DNA of 60,000 nucleotides from Camelus dromedarius (taxonomy: Eukaryota), in contig NC_087438.1 in NCBI RefSeq assembly GCF_036321535.1, positions 1,924,001 to 1,984,000 on the forward strand. Reading direction: 5' to 3'. A program made the position numbers and the translations under genes. Position 1 is the first letter of the stretch, and every line of letters starts with the position of its first letter. The notes under the pieces were generated by a model, which saw only the letters and a program-made list of their open reading frames with translations, had not been told where the DNA came from and made no database searches. Positions 22,671 through 35,984 of this stretch are shown here, in pieces.

Positions 22671-23709
22671 TTGAGGCCGCTGTCTCCCAGCGGCGCCTCC
22701 TGGGGAAGGAGCAGGAGGGGAGCTGGGGGCCTGGAGGCCGCAGGGCGCAGCCCCCTCCCCCGGCTGCATCTCCTGGCCGGGACCTGGGCTCATCTTCGGG
22801 CTTTGAGCAGTAAAGCAAAGTGACACGTGCACCCAGGGCCCCTCTGATGCCCAGCGCCAGAGGACGCAGCATCCTTGTCTAGACTGCTGGAGACACTGGG
22901 GAGTCTACACTTTTATTATTTGGAGGAAACACATTCTTTGGGAGGAAAGTCTTTTTTGATCAAATTCTAACATCAAATTCTCCATGGCTCTTTGGTTTTG
23001 AACAGCGAGAGTCCTGTTTCCTTTCTCTGACAATTAGCAGGCAGACTTTTACATCAGGGTCCCCAGTGTCCCCCGGGCAGCAGCCAGGAAACGCACAGCT
23101 GCCGGCCTGTCTGAGCCGGGCCCAGCCCTGGACGCCGCGCGGGCACCGCCCCTCCTCCCGAGCATCCCCGAGCAGAGACCCACCTTGGTCCCGGGAGTCT
23201 CTCCAGGATGGAGGTCGTCTGAGGCCAAGCTGGGCCACCTCCTCAGGAAGCTGACGGGAAGGCTGGCCCCTGGGTATCTGGCGAGAAGCGTTCCACAGCG
23301 TTACAAAGAAAACAGGCATTTCCTGGCCTTCCTCCTGCTCCTGTACCGGTGGGATGACCAGATTCAACCGTACCGTGTGAAACTTTGTCTGGTTTTGCAG
23401 CATAGTTTTATTGTCCTGAGCCAGGTGGGGACAGGAACGCATGTCACGGGCGGCTGAGCCCAGTCCCGCCCAGGAGCCCCACGTGCCAGAGGTGAGGCTG
23501 CGGCTGGGAGCCCTGGGCCCTCGCCTCCAGACCGTGGCGCCTTCTGCCACGAAGCCCCCCGCCCACAGGGGCCCCTCTGCTCCAGATGCCTCCACGGTGT
23601 TGGGGCAACTGCTCGGTCGAACAAGTATGTTCAGCATGTTTTACTGGCGCTAAAGACACCTCATTCTTCTGTGAGTCAGAAACTTGTGGCTGATTCAGCT
23701 CCTTTGACA

Positions 23710-24575
23710 AACGAGGGAAAAAGTGAATTTGCAAATGATATGACACTCACAAAGTTAATACCCTCGACATATAAAGGCCTCAAGAACAAATAGCAAAAGC
23801 AAACAGGAAAACAGACACAGAACACATGCAGTCTATGAAAAAGACACATGGACTTCAGCGACACGTGGAGGAATTGCTATGCCCCAGTGGTCAAATTTAG
23901 AGTTTCATGCATTTAAGCAGAGGCAGGATTTTTCACCCTTCGGTTTAGCAAAGGTTTAAGGAAGAACCTTATCTCTTATGGTGAACAGGATGGGAAAGAA
24001 ATCATTTTCATACACTTTGGTGAGAACATAGACTGATACAAGCTTTTGGAGAATAATTTGGCAAGGTTTTTTTTTTTTTTCCCAAGCTTTAAAAATTTGC
24101 ATACCCGGCAAAAACTGGATTTCTAGGAATTCGCCCCAAAAATCATTGGGCAAATGTGCAAAAATTTTACTTAAGGATACTCATTTCAGCAACGTTCGTA
24201 ATAGTGACAAATTAGCTCTGACTCCCAAAGTAGGGGGTTGGTGAGGCACAGAATGGTTTAGCACTAGCATGGAATTCAATGTAGTCTTTAACACGAAAGG
24301 TGAGGACCTTCATTTATCGACGCGGAGGTATGTGCATAATGTTCTCTTATATTAAAAGTTACGAAATAGTGTGACCTCCCCCTGGTAAAACGCACAAGGA
24401 GAGACAAGAGGAAAACAAAAACCCGAAGGAAACCCGTGTAACTGGGGGCTTTGCAGAGGGGACCTGCGGGTCACAGAAGAGGGTTTTTTTTTTTTTCATG
24501 TTTCTGTGTTTGCTAAGTTTATTGGTTTACAATGAATATTTATTACTTTCATAATTAACAAAAATCATTATTTCA
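23710..24575 (+). mobile_element. Old L1ME-type ORF2 end/3' UTR
   Basis: tttgcaaatgatatgac...tcatacactttggtgagaacatagactgatacaagcttttggagaataatttggcaa...atttctaggaatt...ttttacaatgaatatttattactttcataatt. Confidence 0.75.
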
Positions 24576-24590
24576 ATATTGATTTGTTTC

Positions 24591-24680
24591 TTTCCTTTTT
24601 TGGTGGAGGGACTGGGGATTGAACCCAGGACCTCGTGCCTGCTGAGCACACACTCTACTGCTGGGCTACACCCTCCTCCC
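24591..24680 (-). mobile_element. tRNA-derived camelid SINE (Vic-1-like)
   Basis: Reverse complement gggaggagggtgtagcccagcagtagag...gcacgaggtcctgggttcaatccccagt...aaaaaa; B box GGTTCAATCC; homologous to 16061-16155. Confidence 0.9.
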
Positions 24681-25473
24681 TGGTCATTTTATTCTCGGTA
24701 AAACGTGGGTTGCCTGTTTGTGGCTCATGAGAGGTTAACAGTGACCGGGAATTATGTCTCTTGGCTAATGTGGCAGCTTCTTTCCACTTTTCTAGAGAGC
24801 TGTTTGCAATAAAGAACCAGCCCCTCCTCTGCTCTGTTTTAAACAGTCTCGGATCCAGGCTGTTTGCTTTCCTGACAACTTACGTGCCATCCAGCTTTGA
24901 GTAGCTATTTCTGGATCCAAGCTATTTTTTTCCTCTGGTCTCTTCATTTTTCACATTTCTTCTTCAGGGTGGAATGTGGAATGCATTTTATCTTTCTTTT
25001 AACTAGGAATAATATATTCCATAGTATGGTAGTAAATCCCTCTTAAGTGGTCCATTCTTAAAAGGCCACCAAATGTTTCTACAAATACTGGCAATCTTTT
25101 ATTTCCCTTCTGAAAAATTTTCTTTGTATATGTTTTGAATCACTAGCCCTTTGAAGCTTTGGGAGGGTTCCATGCACAAAACCTTACCTGAGCATTGCTT
25201 GAAGTGGTGAGTCTCTCGGAAGGACCGGAGGGCAGAGAGGGCCCCACCGGCACCTTGGCCTCAACCCTGAGTGTGGCTCAGGTGGCCCTCCAGTCATCAC
25301 CAACCTTCCCGTGCCTAGCACTTGGCTGAGACGACTACCCTCGGGAGTCACAGAGGCTCAGGCAGGAAGGGGCGGTCCCTGGTGTATGCGTCTGCATCTG
25401 CATCTGCAGATTGAGATTTTAAAAAAATGAGGGAACAAATTATCCCTGCAATTTAAATTTTTTAACTACTTTG

Positions 25474-25512
25474 TTATTATATTATTATTATTATTGTTAT
25501 TATTATTATTAT
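25474..25512. repeat. (ATT)n microsatellite
   Basis: Read directly; source of the poly-Tyr/Leu ORFs. Confidence 0.9.
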
Positions 25513-26489
25513 TTTGCTTTTGTAATAAAGGAAGAGAGAAGCTCATCCTGCCCCCCTGGCTTTGGCTACCACAGCGGGCATCAGATATATACAGAACCCC
25601 GTGGGCTTGGAAGAGGACCGCAAAGTCTGGAGTCCCAGCCAGGGCAGGTGACTTCCCCGGGACACGGAGAAGAACAAGCCTACAGCCATCCTCTCACTGA
25701 TCTCTGAGCTCCCCATGCCCTCATCCCTTCTAAGGTTTTACATTTAATTATTCATAATAATGCCCACGACTTAGCCACTCTCAACGCTGTTCCGACACAC
25801 TGCAGGGGCGTGTGAATACACATACGGCTGACAGCAGGGGCCTTGTCCGTTTCAGGGCAGAGCACAAAGTTGTTTTCAGGGAGGGTTCCATTTAGCTCTG
25901 GCCAAAATGCCTTTGACATCCCCTGGCCTAGGAACCCCTTTTGTTGGTTCTGAAGGGGTAAGTCCTAAAGGGACAATGTTTACACTCATGCTAGAATTAA
26001 GAGTGACGCTGGTCCTATTCTTTTCATTTATAAGAAGCAGAAGGATAAAATTGTGAAAAACCAAATTAAAAAATGTCCAGTAAGAGCAGTTATGAAATGG
26101 AGAGGAAAAAATGCATGTTATGAAAAGATATCATTTGATTTAAAGTTTTCCTGACAAAACTCAACCTATAGCATTTCTGACTGTGAACTGCTCACCTGGG
26201 TAAATCTGATTCCCTGGATATACATACAGTGAGACCAGGTTCTGGATATTTACCCCAAAGTCACATCATTTGTTGTCTTAAATTCTCATCTCTCTTCTGA
26301 GTCACTTTTCACAATATTAGAACATAATTTCCACACAGTCCTATCCCCGTAATGACAGACAGACAGACAGACAACGTGGTGGCTGTTTACAGATATTAAT
26401 GGCCTGCTGAAACTGATGGAACAGGAGAAGTGCCAGGAGATGGGACTCTTTTAGGTGACACGGTGGCCGTGTTGAAAGCCGGTGTTTGC

Positions 26490-26600
26490 TGGCACCCTCC
26501 AAGTGCCAGCCTCCTTGCTAGATGAGTATTATGTTCGACATCGTCTCTTTAAATCTTCACAATGACATTGAAGTTATTATTTCCATCTGCCAAGTTCATC
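26490..26600 (-). mobile_element. Decayed MIR
   Basis: gtgccagcctccttgctagatg...catcgtctctttaaatcttcacaatgac...gttattatttccat resembles antisense MIR. Confidence 0.55.
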
Positions 26601-29099
26601 CTTTAAAAGGCAGATGAAGTGGGAATTCCATCTTCCCGTAATTGTTTCCAAAGGAGCCACCTTCCTGGTCTTTCTTTCCACCCCCGACTGACTCATCCTC
26701 AAGGGGAGAATGAGCAGCCCCAGAATCTGGGAGGGGGCGCGACCTTGTCCCGCCAATCATGGGACAAGATTCTCCCCCCTCCCTCTGAGCCACAAGGCTC
26801 TCGGGCATCTTCTCTCTTCCCCATGTGGCCCCGAGTCTGCAGCCACACAAGAGAGCCATGGCCCGTCTGTCTGTTTTGGGGAAGAACCTCAGGAAACCCT
26901 CTGGCTGGGGATCCGGTGCCCCTTGTCTAACCGCCTTCATCAGAAATCAGAGGCATGTTCTGCTTCCAGGCGCTGTCTTATCCAGCGACTGGCTCTGAGA
27001 CGGGAGAGAAGGGGTGGGTGGTCGTGCATAAGCTCCTTTAAACTCAACAGCTGTCCTACAATTAGGGGTGAGTGCCTGGCTGGGTGGCCTGGCAGGGAGC
27101 AGCCAGCGAAGGGGAGTGCGCTCACTCCCACCCAGACCGGACACTGAGGATTCAGGGTGAAGGGGTCCGCTGCTGGTCCTCTGATTATGGCCCTCAAGAA
27201 ACCTTGGAGGACCCGATTCATTGTCCTGACCTTTCTTAGTTATTTATGATTCCCTCATCCTTCTCCGTAAACCCCAAAGTCCTGGTGAGTCGGGATGTGG
27301 ATCAGCCAGGATTCCTCCTCAGCCAGCCAGGCAGACATGTTTGTAGAGCCCCCAGACGGAGCGGTGCCTCAGTTTCCCCTGGCCGCGGCTGGCCCCGGGA
27401 CGGGGAGCCACCTGCACTGCAGGACCCCCAGGGCCACTGTGTTTGTCAGGGGGCAGGTGGGTTGGATTAGCAGGGCCAGCCTGGAGGGAATGCCCAGGTA
27501 GGACTCCTCCCAGTGCAGAGCCGTGACGGACACAAGGCGTCTGCTCCAAGATCTGCGCTTTGCAGACATGGAGACACAGGCCGGGGGCTGCCGAGCGCAT
27601 TTCCTGGGTGAGCCTGCAATCACTGGGGCCCAGAGCCAGCCCGTGGCTCACTAAGGGCCCTGCCTCTGTTCATCAGAGTGTCCCTGCCACCGCGGTTCCC
27701 ATTCTCCTCTCTGCCTCACCTCTCCCGCGAGCATAAAGAAAGCTGACCTTCATGGCTTAGCCACCAGTTCAGTGCCCTACAAGTTCAGACAGTCCTCCCC
27801 TAAATCTGCGTTCCAGGCCTGTCAGTCCAGCTCCGTATTTCCCAGTCAGTCTGTATCCACACACAGGGCGGGGTCCCCTGGGGTGACCGGGGCCCCGTCA
27901 CGCTAGACCACGCGCTGCAAGTCTCAGAGCAGCAGCGCGGCGGACCTCACAGACCCGCGTGCGCCCTCGTGACCTGCCCGCTCGTCAAAGTCCGTACAAG
28001 CAGATCAAAAGGCCTGTTGGAAAGCTGCACGGTGCTTTTCATAAATGATTACTCGAATATTGTTTCTCATGTCTTAATGTGGGACAGAAATTTCAGGTTT
28101 TAAACTCAAAGGCATCCTATCAAACTTCTCATCACTTTCCGATGGCCATTTATGTAGACACCATTATTCCCCCTGTGTCCTTGCGTTCAGCAAATTTACC
28201 ACATAAGCTTCAGATTCTTCTACTTGGAAACTTTAGAATTATTTTCCCTATGTTTGTGTATAAATATGCAAAGACAAAATCTGCCTCTCGTCTTAAAATT
28301 GTCTTGAAACCTTCCTGACTCACAGTGACCACTGGACACAGGCCAGCCTCGCTCGGTGAGCTGCTAAGCACCTGCTGTTTCACTTACGTGTCCAGTGAGA
28401 GCCCGACACCCGATGCCTGCTGCCTGGAGGCTTGTAACTTCCTCTCTTCTCAGGTCAGGACCCGCAGCCTCTTGTCTGCAGGAGACGGGGCATTTCAAGT
28501 CCCTGGCTCTGAGCCTGATTTTGGAGAAAGGCTGGCTGCTGCATCCCGGAGTCCAACCCCCAGGACTGCCGGGGAGCCTTCTGCCAGCAGGGCAGGGTTC
28601 AATTTCAGTCTGCCCACAAGAACTTGGACTAGGTTTTCCAGTCCTTTCTGCACATAGGGTTCCGTGGGAGTGTGCTGTAAAGATACCAGCAAGCTAATAA
28701 GTACTGAGATTTTAGGATTGGAGGCTCCCTGATTGCCAGGAAAATACATCTGGTTGACCCCAAGCACTTGTCCTGTTCAGTGAATGCGCCTGGTGAGGGC
28801 AAGACACAGCCCAGTCTTTCTGGTCCACAGCAGACTTTATTTCATGGCCACTTGTCACATTTAAAGAAGTCTGGTTTGATTTTTAACTCAGCGAACTGCA
28901 TGTGCTCAGAGGGCGTGTAGTTTCCCCTTCCTGGGTTGACCACCCAGAGGTTCACAATAGAACCCAGCTTTCAGTTGATTTTTATTCTTTTCTGGGATTG
29001 ATATTGTGGAAAATGCACATTTTCCCGTTAGTTGTTGACCTGAAGTGCTCACCACCACGATGGAGGCTTCCAGGACGGTGTTAACGAATTAAGTAGAAT

Positions 29100-29218
29100 T
29101 TGTGACCTGCCCCATTGTAGCTGTATTTGGAGTAAGGAAATAATTAAGACTAAATGAGGTCATAGGGTGGGGTGCTGATCTAATAGGGTCAGATCCTCAT
29201 AAGAAGAGACACCAGAGC

Positions 29219-29251
<33 letters not shown>

Positions 29252-29428
29252 TTTTCTCTCCTCTCTTTCTCCGCCTCAATGTGCACCTTGTACCAAAGAA
29301 GGACAGAGAGGACCAAGAACAGGGTTCCCACCAGACACCAACCTTTTCAGACATTGGCGGACAGGGCACGTCTAAATTTTTCATGAAATAGAGAGCTCTG
29401 GGGAAGCAGATCAACTGCTTTAGCCACG
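29100..29428 (+). mobile_element. MLT1 (MaLR) LTR fragment with internal (GTCT)n
   Basis: gctgtatttggag...aataattaagactaaatgaggtcatagggtggggtgctgatctaatagg...tcctcataagaagagacaccagagctct is typical of MLT1A/B. Confidence 0.8.
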
Positions 29429-30581
29429 TGGCCCCTTAGCGCTCCTTTCCGCGCTCCGGGGTGGGCACACCTTGGGGGAGATCACTTCTGGGCATGAGCA
29501 TCCCCATACAGAACAGGCGCTTCCTCCCTGGCGGGGGATCCGGCAGGTGTCCGATTTTTACCACACGCCGTGAGTAATGGCCGTGCACCTCTGGGCCCCT
29601 GTTATGAATCACGCCTTCCCACGTCCCCAGCACCAGGAAGGATGGTTTACTACGTAGAATGAAGCAATAATTCAGTGATGTATTGACAAGCCCAGCAGTA
29701 TATACTTACTGCCTGTGAAGGGGGATGAATATTGCCGGCATTATTTAAATAACAGGGATCTCAACAGACATACAAATCTAAGTGGGCTTAATCCAGCTCT
29801 GTGTGACTGACAAGCATGCAGGCCGGCCTGTGTGGCCTCAATTGACCATAGAACAATTGATTCCGTGTTTGTAGCACGGATCAATGACACAGCCACCGAC
29901 GGAGTCAGCGGATCAGTGGCTGCTCCTGTCACTGGTGCCCGGGGCCAGCGAGGCTCAGTTTACAACGGCAGTAAGTGACCTTCCCGTCTCGGCTCTGTGA
30001 AGCCTCCTGAAACACACACCATCGGCCCTGAAGCCCTGTCTGCAATCCCATTTCAGTGACAACACAAACACAGGGCAGGACAACTGTGCCAGAAACCAAT
30101 CAATCAGATTTGAAATTCTGGAAATGATAGGAAAAGAGTTGTGTAGGGTGGGGTTTGGAGCTAGGAGAAGTATGTGCGTCTGTGTGAGATGGGTCAGTGG
30201 AGGCCGTCGCTGTTCCTTGTTTTTGTACTTGGAGTCTCACCTTATGAAATAATGTTCAGGGACCAGATAACAAATTTTTCACCAAACAAAACTCTGAGTT
30301 CAAGGCCAGCTGGAGGGGCCTTTTCTCTGAGAACACAGATCTCAGGGGAATCTGACGTCGGCATTGCTAGCTTGTTGGACAGTAAATAAAGCTCTTTTGT
30401 TGAGCATCTCTCCAGAACACACCCTCCAAGCTCACAGACAGCCCAAAGGAGCAGCCAGGACCCTGGGACGCCCGCAGAGGGTGCACTGCTGTTTGATGAA
30501 TTGTCTCGAAACCACTGCTGTGTCCACAGTTAAGACCCTGTTTTCAGACTCAAGAGCTGAGAAAAGGGATAAAGTAGCCTC

Positions 30582-30793
30582 AAAAAAAAAAAAAAAAAAA
30601 AAGTAAGGAGTTTCTACTGTCCAGCACAGAGAACTAAATTTATTATCTTGTAATAACCTATAAAGAAAAAGAATATGAAAAAAGAAGATAGATAGATAGA
30701 TAGATAGATAGATGGATATAGTGGGATCACTTTGCTGTGTACCAGAAACTAACACAACATTGTAAATCAACTAAACTTCAATTAAAAAAAAAA
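30582..30793 (+). mobile_element. Lineage L1 extreme 3' end with (GATA)6, preceded by an A21 run
   Basis: ctactgtccagcacagagaact...tatcttgtaataacctata...atcactttgctgtgtaccagaaactaacacaacattgtaaatcaactaaacttcaattaaaaaaaaaa. Confidence 0.9.
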
Positions 30794-31024
30794 GCTTTTA
30801 ATTACTTTCTTATAGATAATTATCTCTTCCTTTTCATTTATAACTTCTGGGCCTCCAATCTTGTCTGGGAAGCTCTCCCACTTGTAAAAGTAAACATTTT
30901 CACAGCCTTCATTCCTAATATCTAATCCACATTTGTCTCCTATGCCAGTGCTCGACACGGCCCCTCTCCTCACCTCCACCTTCCTGCCCCCAACCAATCT
31001 GCACAGGAAATTGGAGTGGTCTTT

Positions 31025-31851
31025 ATATTGAGGTATCATCTCACACTGATCAGAATGGCCATCATTAAAAGTCCAGAAACAGTAAATGATGGAGAGGTTG
31101 TGAAGAAAAGGGAGCCCTCCCACACTGTTGGTGGGAATGTAGTTTGGTGTAGCCATTATGGAAAACAGTATGGAGATTCTTTAAAAACTAAAAATAGACT
31201 TACCCTATGATCCAGCAATCCCACTCCTGGGCATATATCCAGAGAGAACTCTAATTTGAAAAGATACACGCACCCAAACTTCATAGTAGCACTATTTATA
31301 ACAGCCAAGACATGGAAACAGCCTAACTGTCCATTGACATATTATTGGTTAAAAAAGCTATGGTATATATATACAATGGGATGCTACTCAGCCATAAAAA
31401 AGAATAGAATAATGCCATTTGCAGCAACATGGATGGAACTGGAGATCGTCATACTAAGTGAAGTAAGCCAGAAAGAGAAAGAAAAGTACCGTATGATATC
31501 ACTCATATGTGGAATCTAAAAAAAGAAAAAAGAAGACATTAATGAACTTGTCTGAAAAATGGAAACAGACTCACAGACATAGCAAACAATTTTATGGTTT
31601 CTTAGAGGGGGCAAAGGGGGTGGGAAGGGATGAATTGGGACTTTGAGATGTGCAGATACTACTATATATAAAATAGATGAATAAGGTCCTTCTGTTTAGC
31701 ATAAGAAACTGTACTCAATATCTTATATTAATCCATAATGAAAAAGAATATAAAAACAAACATATTTATGTGTATGTATGACTGAAACATGGTGCTGTAC
31801 AACAGAAATTGACATATGGTAAACTGACTAGACTTCCATAAAAAAAATAAT
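31025..31851 (+). mobile_element. 5'-truncated lineage L1 (ORF2 C-terminus + 3' UTR) with 16-bp TSD
   Basis: Peptides [13 protein letters not shown]...HTVGGNV and AKTWKQPNCP...WYIYTM...MPFAATWMELEIVILSEVSQKEKEKYRMISLICGI are L1 ORF2p (frameshifted); TSD aattg(g/a)agtggtcttt at 31009-31024 and 31852-31867. Confidence 0.97.
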
Positions 31852-32399
31852 AATTGAAGTGGTCTTTTAGTGGAAGACAGAGTTGATTATAAGTAGCAAG
31901 CTTTTCACATAGTAAAAGGCAAAAGGCGGGGTCCCCAGTGACTCCCATGGCTGCCCACCTCACTTCTGGTCCCCTTCCTCAGAAGGCTCTAGGTCCATAA
32001 ATCAGATTTTCTTATCTTCACCTCCTGAAACTCACCTTTATTGTTTACTTCTCAGAAAGGGCTTTCTAGCCACACAACTTTATGCAAAAAGGGCATTCTT
32101 AGCAGGAAGGGGCCACTTTAGGAATGCTGGCTCCACTCTCTTGCTGTCGGGGGCATTGCTGACGTCAGGCTGCTCACCGTGTCTGTCTTCACTGCCCCGC
32201 TCAATCAGAAAAGGCCAAGGACACATTTTTTTAAATTATTACAGTTTCATAGTAAGTCTCTCAACATCATAAAGCAGCCGTAAGTCAGGTTACCTTTTCC
32301 CATTTCCTTTGTTGTAAATGGGTGTAAGATCTTGATCTCTAACTTATCGGAGGATGAAAGAAAAAAAAATGACAGAGGCTAAAAGAGCGAGAAGAAATA

Positions 32400-32720
32400 G
32401 TCCTACTCCGCGTGCACAAGTCAAAAGCAACGTTCCGTTCACAGAACGCGTGGGGGTCAAAACGTGCCGAAGTGCATCCGAGCGGCACCGGCGCGGGCAG
32501 TCCTGCGAGAGCCGCCACGGCTCCCTCCTGCACCCCAGCTTGCGGCGGGGACGCCTGAGCGGGGAGACGCTCGGCCGTCCGGACACGGCTGGCGAGTCTG
32601 GACAGAAGGAAGCCGCGTGAAGAGGGCTCCTTAACGGCAGTTCGAATAGAGGGAATTCGTGTTCGGTTCTTCCTCTCGTGCTTTCAAACCCCACTCTGTC
32701 CCGCCCGAAACCAGGAAGCA
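32400..32720. promoter_or_regulatory. Small CpG-dense patch
   Basis: High CpG density, abutting an L1. Confidence 0.35.
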
Positions 32721-32751
32721 CTGTGCACCTCTACTGAGAAGGCGACACTTT

Positions 32752-33119
32752 TTTTTCTGTAGCTGCAGTGGAGGGGACTTGCAGTGTTGGGTTAGCTTCT
32801 GGTGCACAGCACAGTGCTTCCATTTTATGTATATACATATTCTTTCCCACATTTCTTTCTCATTATAGGCTGTTACAAGATACCGGGTGTGGTTCCCTGT
32901 GCCGTACAGCAGGTCCGTGTCATTTATCTATTTACACACAGTAGTGTGTGTCTGCACATCCCAAAGTCCCAGCTTCTCTCTCCCTCCCCGCCCCTTCCCC
33001 GTGGTAACCGTAGTTTGTTTTCTGTCTCTGTGAGCCTATTTCTGTCACTTGTGTCATTCTCTTTTTAGAGCCCACTTACAAGCAATGCCATATGGTATTG
33101 CCTTTCTCCGTCTGACTTA
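32752..33119 (-). mobile_element. 5'-truncated lineage L1 3' UTR with 16-bp TSD
   Basis: Antisense L1: ggctgttacaagata...gttccctgtgccgtacagcaggtcc...tggtaaccgtagtttgttttct; TSD gagaagg(c/t)gaca(c/g)ttt at 32736-32751 and 33120-33135. Confidence 0.93.
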
Positions 33120-35984
33120 GAGAAGGTGACAGTTTGAGTGACACCGGATGGTTGAGTTTGTGGGGCAACAGTGAACCTTGGGAAAAGCTGCTGTTTTTGC
33201 TCCACAGACAGGAGAAGGTGCCCCTACTTCAGGTCTGAGAAACGGCAGAGGTCCTGCCAGGGGAAAGCCCTCCAAAAGGCAGCGGCCGTCTGGCGTGATT
33301 TGGTGCCTTCGGTCTCTGGGGAGCCACCCCGGCCTGGCCAGGGATCGGTGTGGACTGAAGTGACAACCTGAGGCGAAGCCCGGGAGGACTGCCAGCATGG
33401 CTCAGACCCACCCGTCCTGGGTGCTCCTCCCTCTGCAGAGCAGGGGTGACGGCCGACTTTGCAAACCAAACACTGACGAGGCGCCAGGCGGGCCTAGTGG
33501 GGATGTGACGTCAGAGCCTCTGCCTTCTTCACTGGAACTGAGAACTCTCTTTCCCTGGACACCTTCGCTCTCGGAGTGTTCCTGGAGCACGTGGCCTCCG
33601 CTCTCTCAAGAGTCCTTGACGGGCGAGGTGGCGACAAGTCTCCCACCCCCGCACTGGGCTCTGCACAAAGCGATGCTCCGGCCCAGGGTCCTGGAGGCCG
33701 CCCTATTTTGGGAAGCCCTGCGCTTCCTCTGGCTGTCAGGGCTCACAGCATCGCACCCGGGTTATCTGAGAGCACCCAGGGGGGCAAAGTGTGAAGTGAG
33801 AAGGCGCTGCCCCACTGCAGACAGGGCCTGGGGGCGGGGGTCCCGGAAGTGGTGGGCTTCCTGTCCCACTGAGAGAGGGACGGTGACCTCCCCGGCGGGA
33901 AGGGACAACCTCCATCCAGCCCGAGTGGGGACTGTGTGACCCCCGACAGACCACGAGTGTGAGCTCTGAGGGGGCCGCTGCCACTGGGGACACCTGTGTT
34001 GGTTTCTTCGGGAGACTTTGGATTCTCAAAACTTGAATAACTGTTGAAATAAAATAGTGCCTTTCCAAACACATACTGTGAAGGAGAACTTTGCCCTGAT
34101 TTGTAAAGTCAGAGCTCACTGCCAGACGGCCTGCGGGCACAAGCGCACGGGAACTGATGTTAACGAAGGCACATAAACGCAGCGGAGGGGAGTATCTCCT
34201 CACGTGCGTTCAAAAGAACAGGAAAACCCAGGGAAGGTCTGTCCCTCCACCACTGGGCGGGCTGGTTTGAAGGGTTGGGAGCTGCGCCCGCCGGCTCATG
34301 AGACGGAGCCCAGCCGGGGCCTCGCGAAGAGCACCTGCCTGGCTCCCCAGCATGCTCGCTGGGAGCTGAAGGCGACTTCTGCTCGCAGATGCCAGATACC
34401 AGCAGGGACAAAGGAGAGTGGTCTTTCCATTGGTTTTGTGGCCTCCTGTCCGGGGGGGTCCTGTCTCCTCGACCAGCTCCTGTAGGAGGAATGTCGGCCG
34501 TGTAGACGCATGGAGTGTGCCTCCCACCCAGGGGAGGAAGACGGCGCGGGGTCCCCGCCTCTGGTTCCCAGGGGTTTCTTGACTGAAGGCACAGCAGGTG
34601 ATGGCCCGGCAATGGGGATGCTCCCCAGGAGTGCCCCGAGGGTCTCCCCCCTCGGCAAGGGAGGGGCGCTCACTGGGAGAACCACGGTGGGGGGACCCTC
34701 CCCAGTCTGTCTGCAGAGACCACCCTGGGCAGCAGAGCTGGCGGAGAAGGGTGCAGACCAGGGGGCATTCACAGGAATGCCATGTCACCTGTGCCCTCAA
34801 CCCACGACACAGTCCTGCCGGGCTCCTGGGACAGGGACACTCAGCTGGGACTTGAGTCTGAGGGCCCTCGCCTCCCAGTGCCCAGTGGGCAGCCCTGACT
34901 GGGGTGTGGGGCCCCCACCGAGGGCAGCTCCGAAGCTGGTTCCAGACTCATTTCCCCGCGTGGGTCCCCAGGGGGCCTCTTGCCTCAAGATGGGAACAGA
35001 GAAGCTGATTCCTTCTCCTCCCATGCTCCCCTCCCTGCACCCACTGTGTCCACTCAGCTTCCAAAGACGGCCTCCCATCAGGAGGGCTCCCAGCACGGCC
35101 TGCCTACCCCCAGGGGGAGCAGGGAGGGACCCGGACTTTTCTGTTGAAGAGTTCCTCCCCGTCCCCGTGGAAACCACTCTTGTCTGCAGTCCCATCCTGG
35201 TGTGTCCACAAGCCCCGTGTCTGTGCCCTCCGAGGGCCCGGGGCGGGGGGACGCGTGCGGGTGTGCGTGCAGGAGAGGGTCAGGAGGAGGGTAGAGCTCA
35301 GAACTGGAGACCAAGACGGGATTCAGGACAATGCTCAGGACTCTGAGGATTTTGATGGCAAATCAGGAAGAAAATGAGTAAGCAGAAAAGAAAAGATAGT
35401 ACTTACCTAACATCAGAAAAACGTTTCAGGAAATCTAACTGCAAATTACATCCCCAGACAGATGCACATCTGAAGCTGCAGTCACTGGTTTTGTTTTAAT
35501 TGTTCAACCCCTTAAAAGCTTCAACCCATCATATTTGCACAGCTGGAAGGCCCAGCCCCAGACACTGGGGGGTTACTGCCCCCAGCAGGGCCTAGGGGTC
35601 TGGGGCTGGGCTGCCGGACACGGGCACGGATCGGGTGTAGGCAAGCCATTGAGAGCTGACCTGTGGGCCGGGAGCCTCTGACAGACGGAGGGTCCCCAAA
35701 GCTGGGCCGGGGGAGGCGCTGCCGTGGACGTTCCGCTGGAAGTCCCACCCGGTCAGGCTCCAGGTCATAGAACGAGCACATCCATCCCCTCTGTGATGCC
35801 GCGGGGCCCAGCGTGCGCTGTGGACGCGAGCGGAGTTTGGATGGAGACACTTAGGAAGAGAGATGCCTCAGAGGGTAGAGACGGCTTCCTGCAGAGTCCA
35901 GGGCGGCGGGTGCAGCGCAGCCCAGCCGGGGCCACACTCTTCTTTCCTGACCCGTCTCTGTTTTATCTGTTTAGGATCCCATCG

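Noticed and set aside
31016..31519. ORFs with real protein similarity
   Set aside because: Frameshifted C-terminal remnants of L1 ORF2p in a truncated insertion, not a host gene
34510..35346. Longest ORF (278 aa), and similar ones such as 37202-37975, 22960-23637 and 56829-57497
   Set aside because: P/G/R/A/S-rich composition expected from stop-poor GC-rich DNA; overlapping ORFs in several frames; no recognisable domain or exon structure
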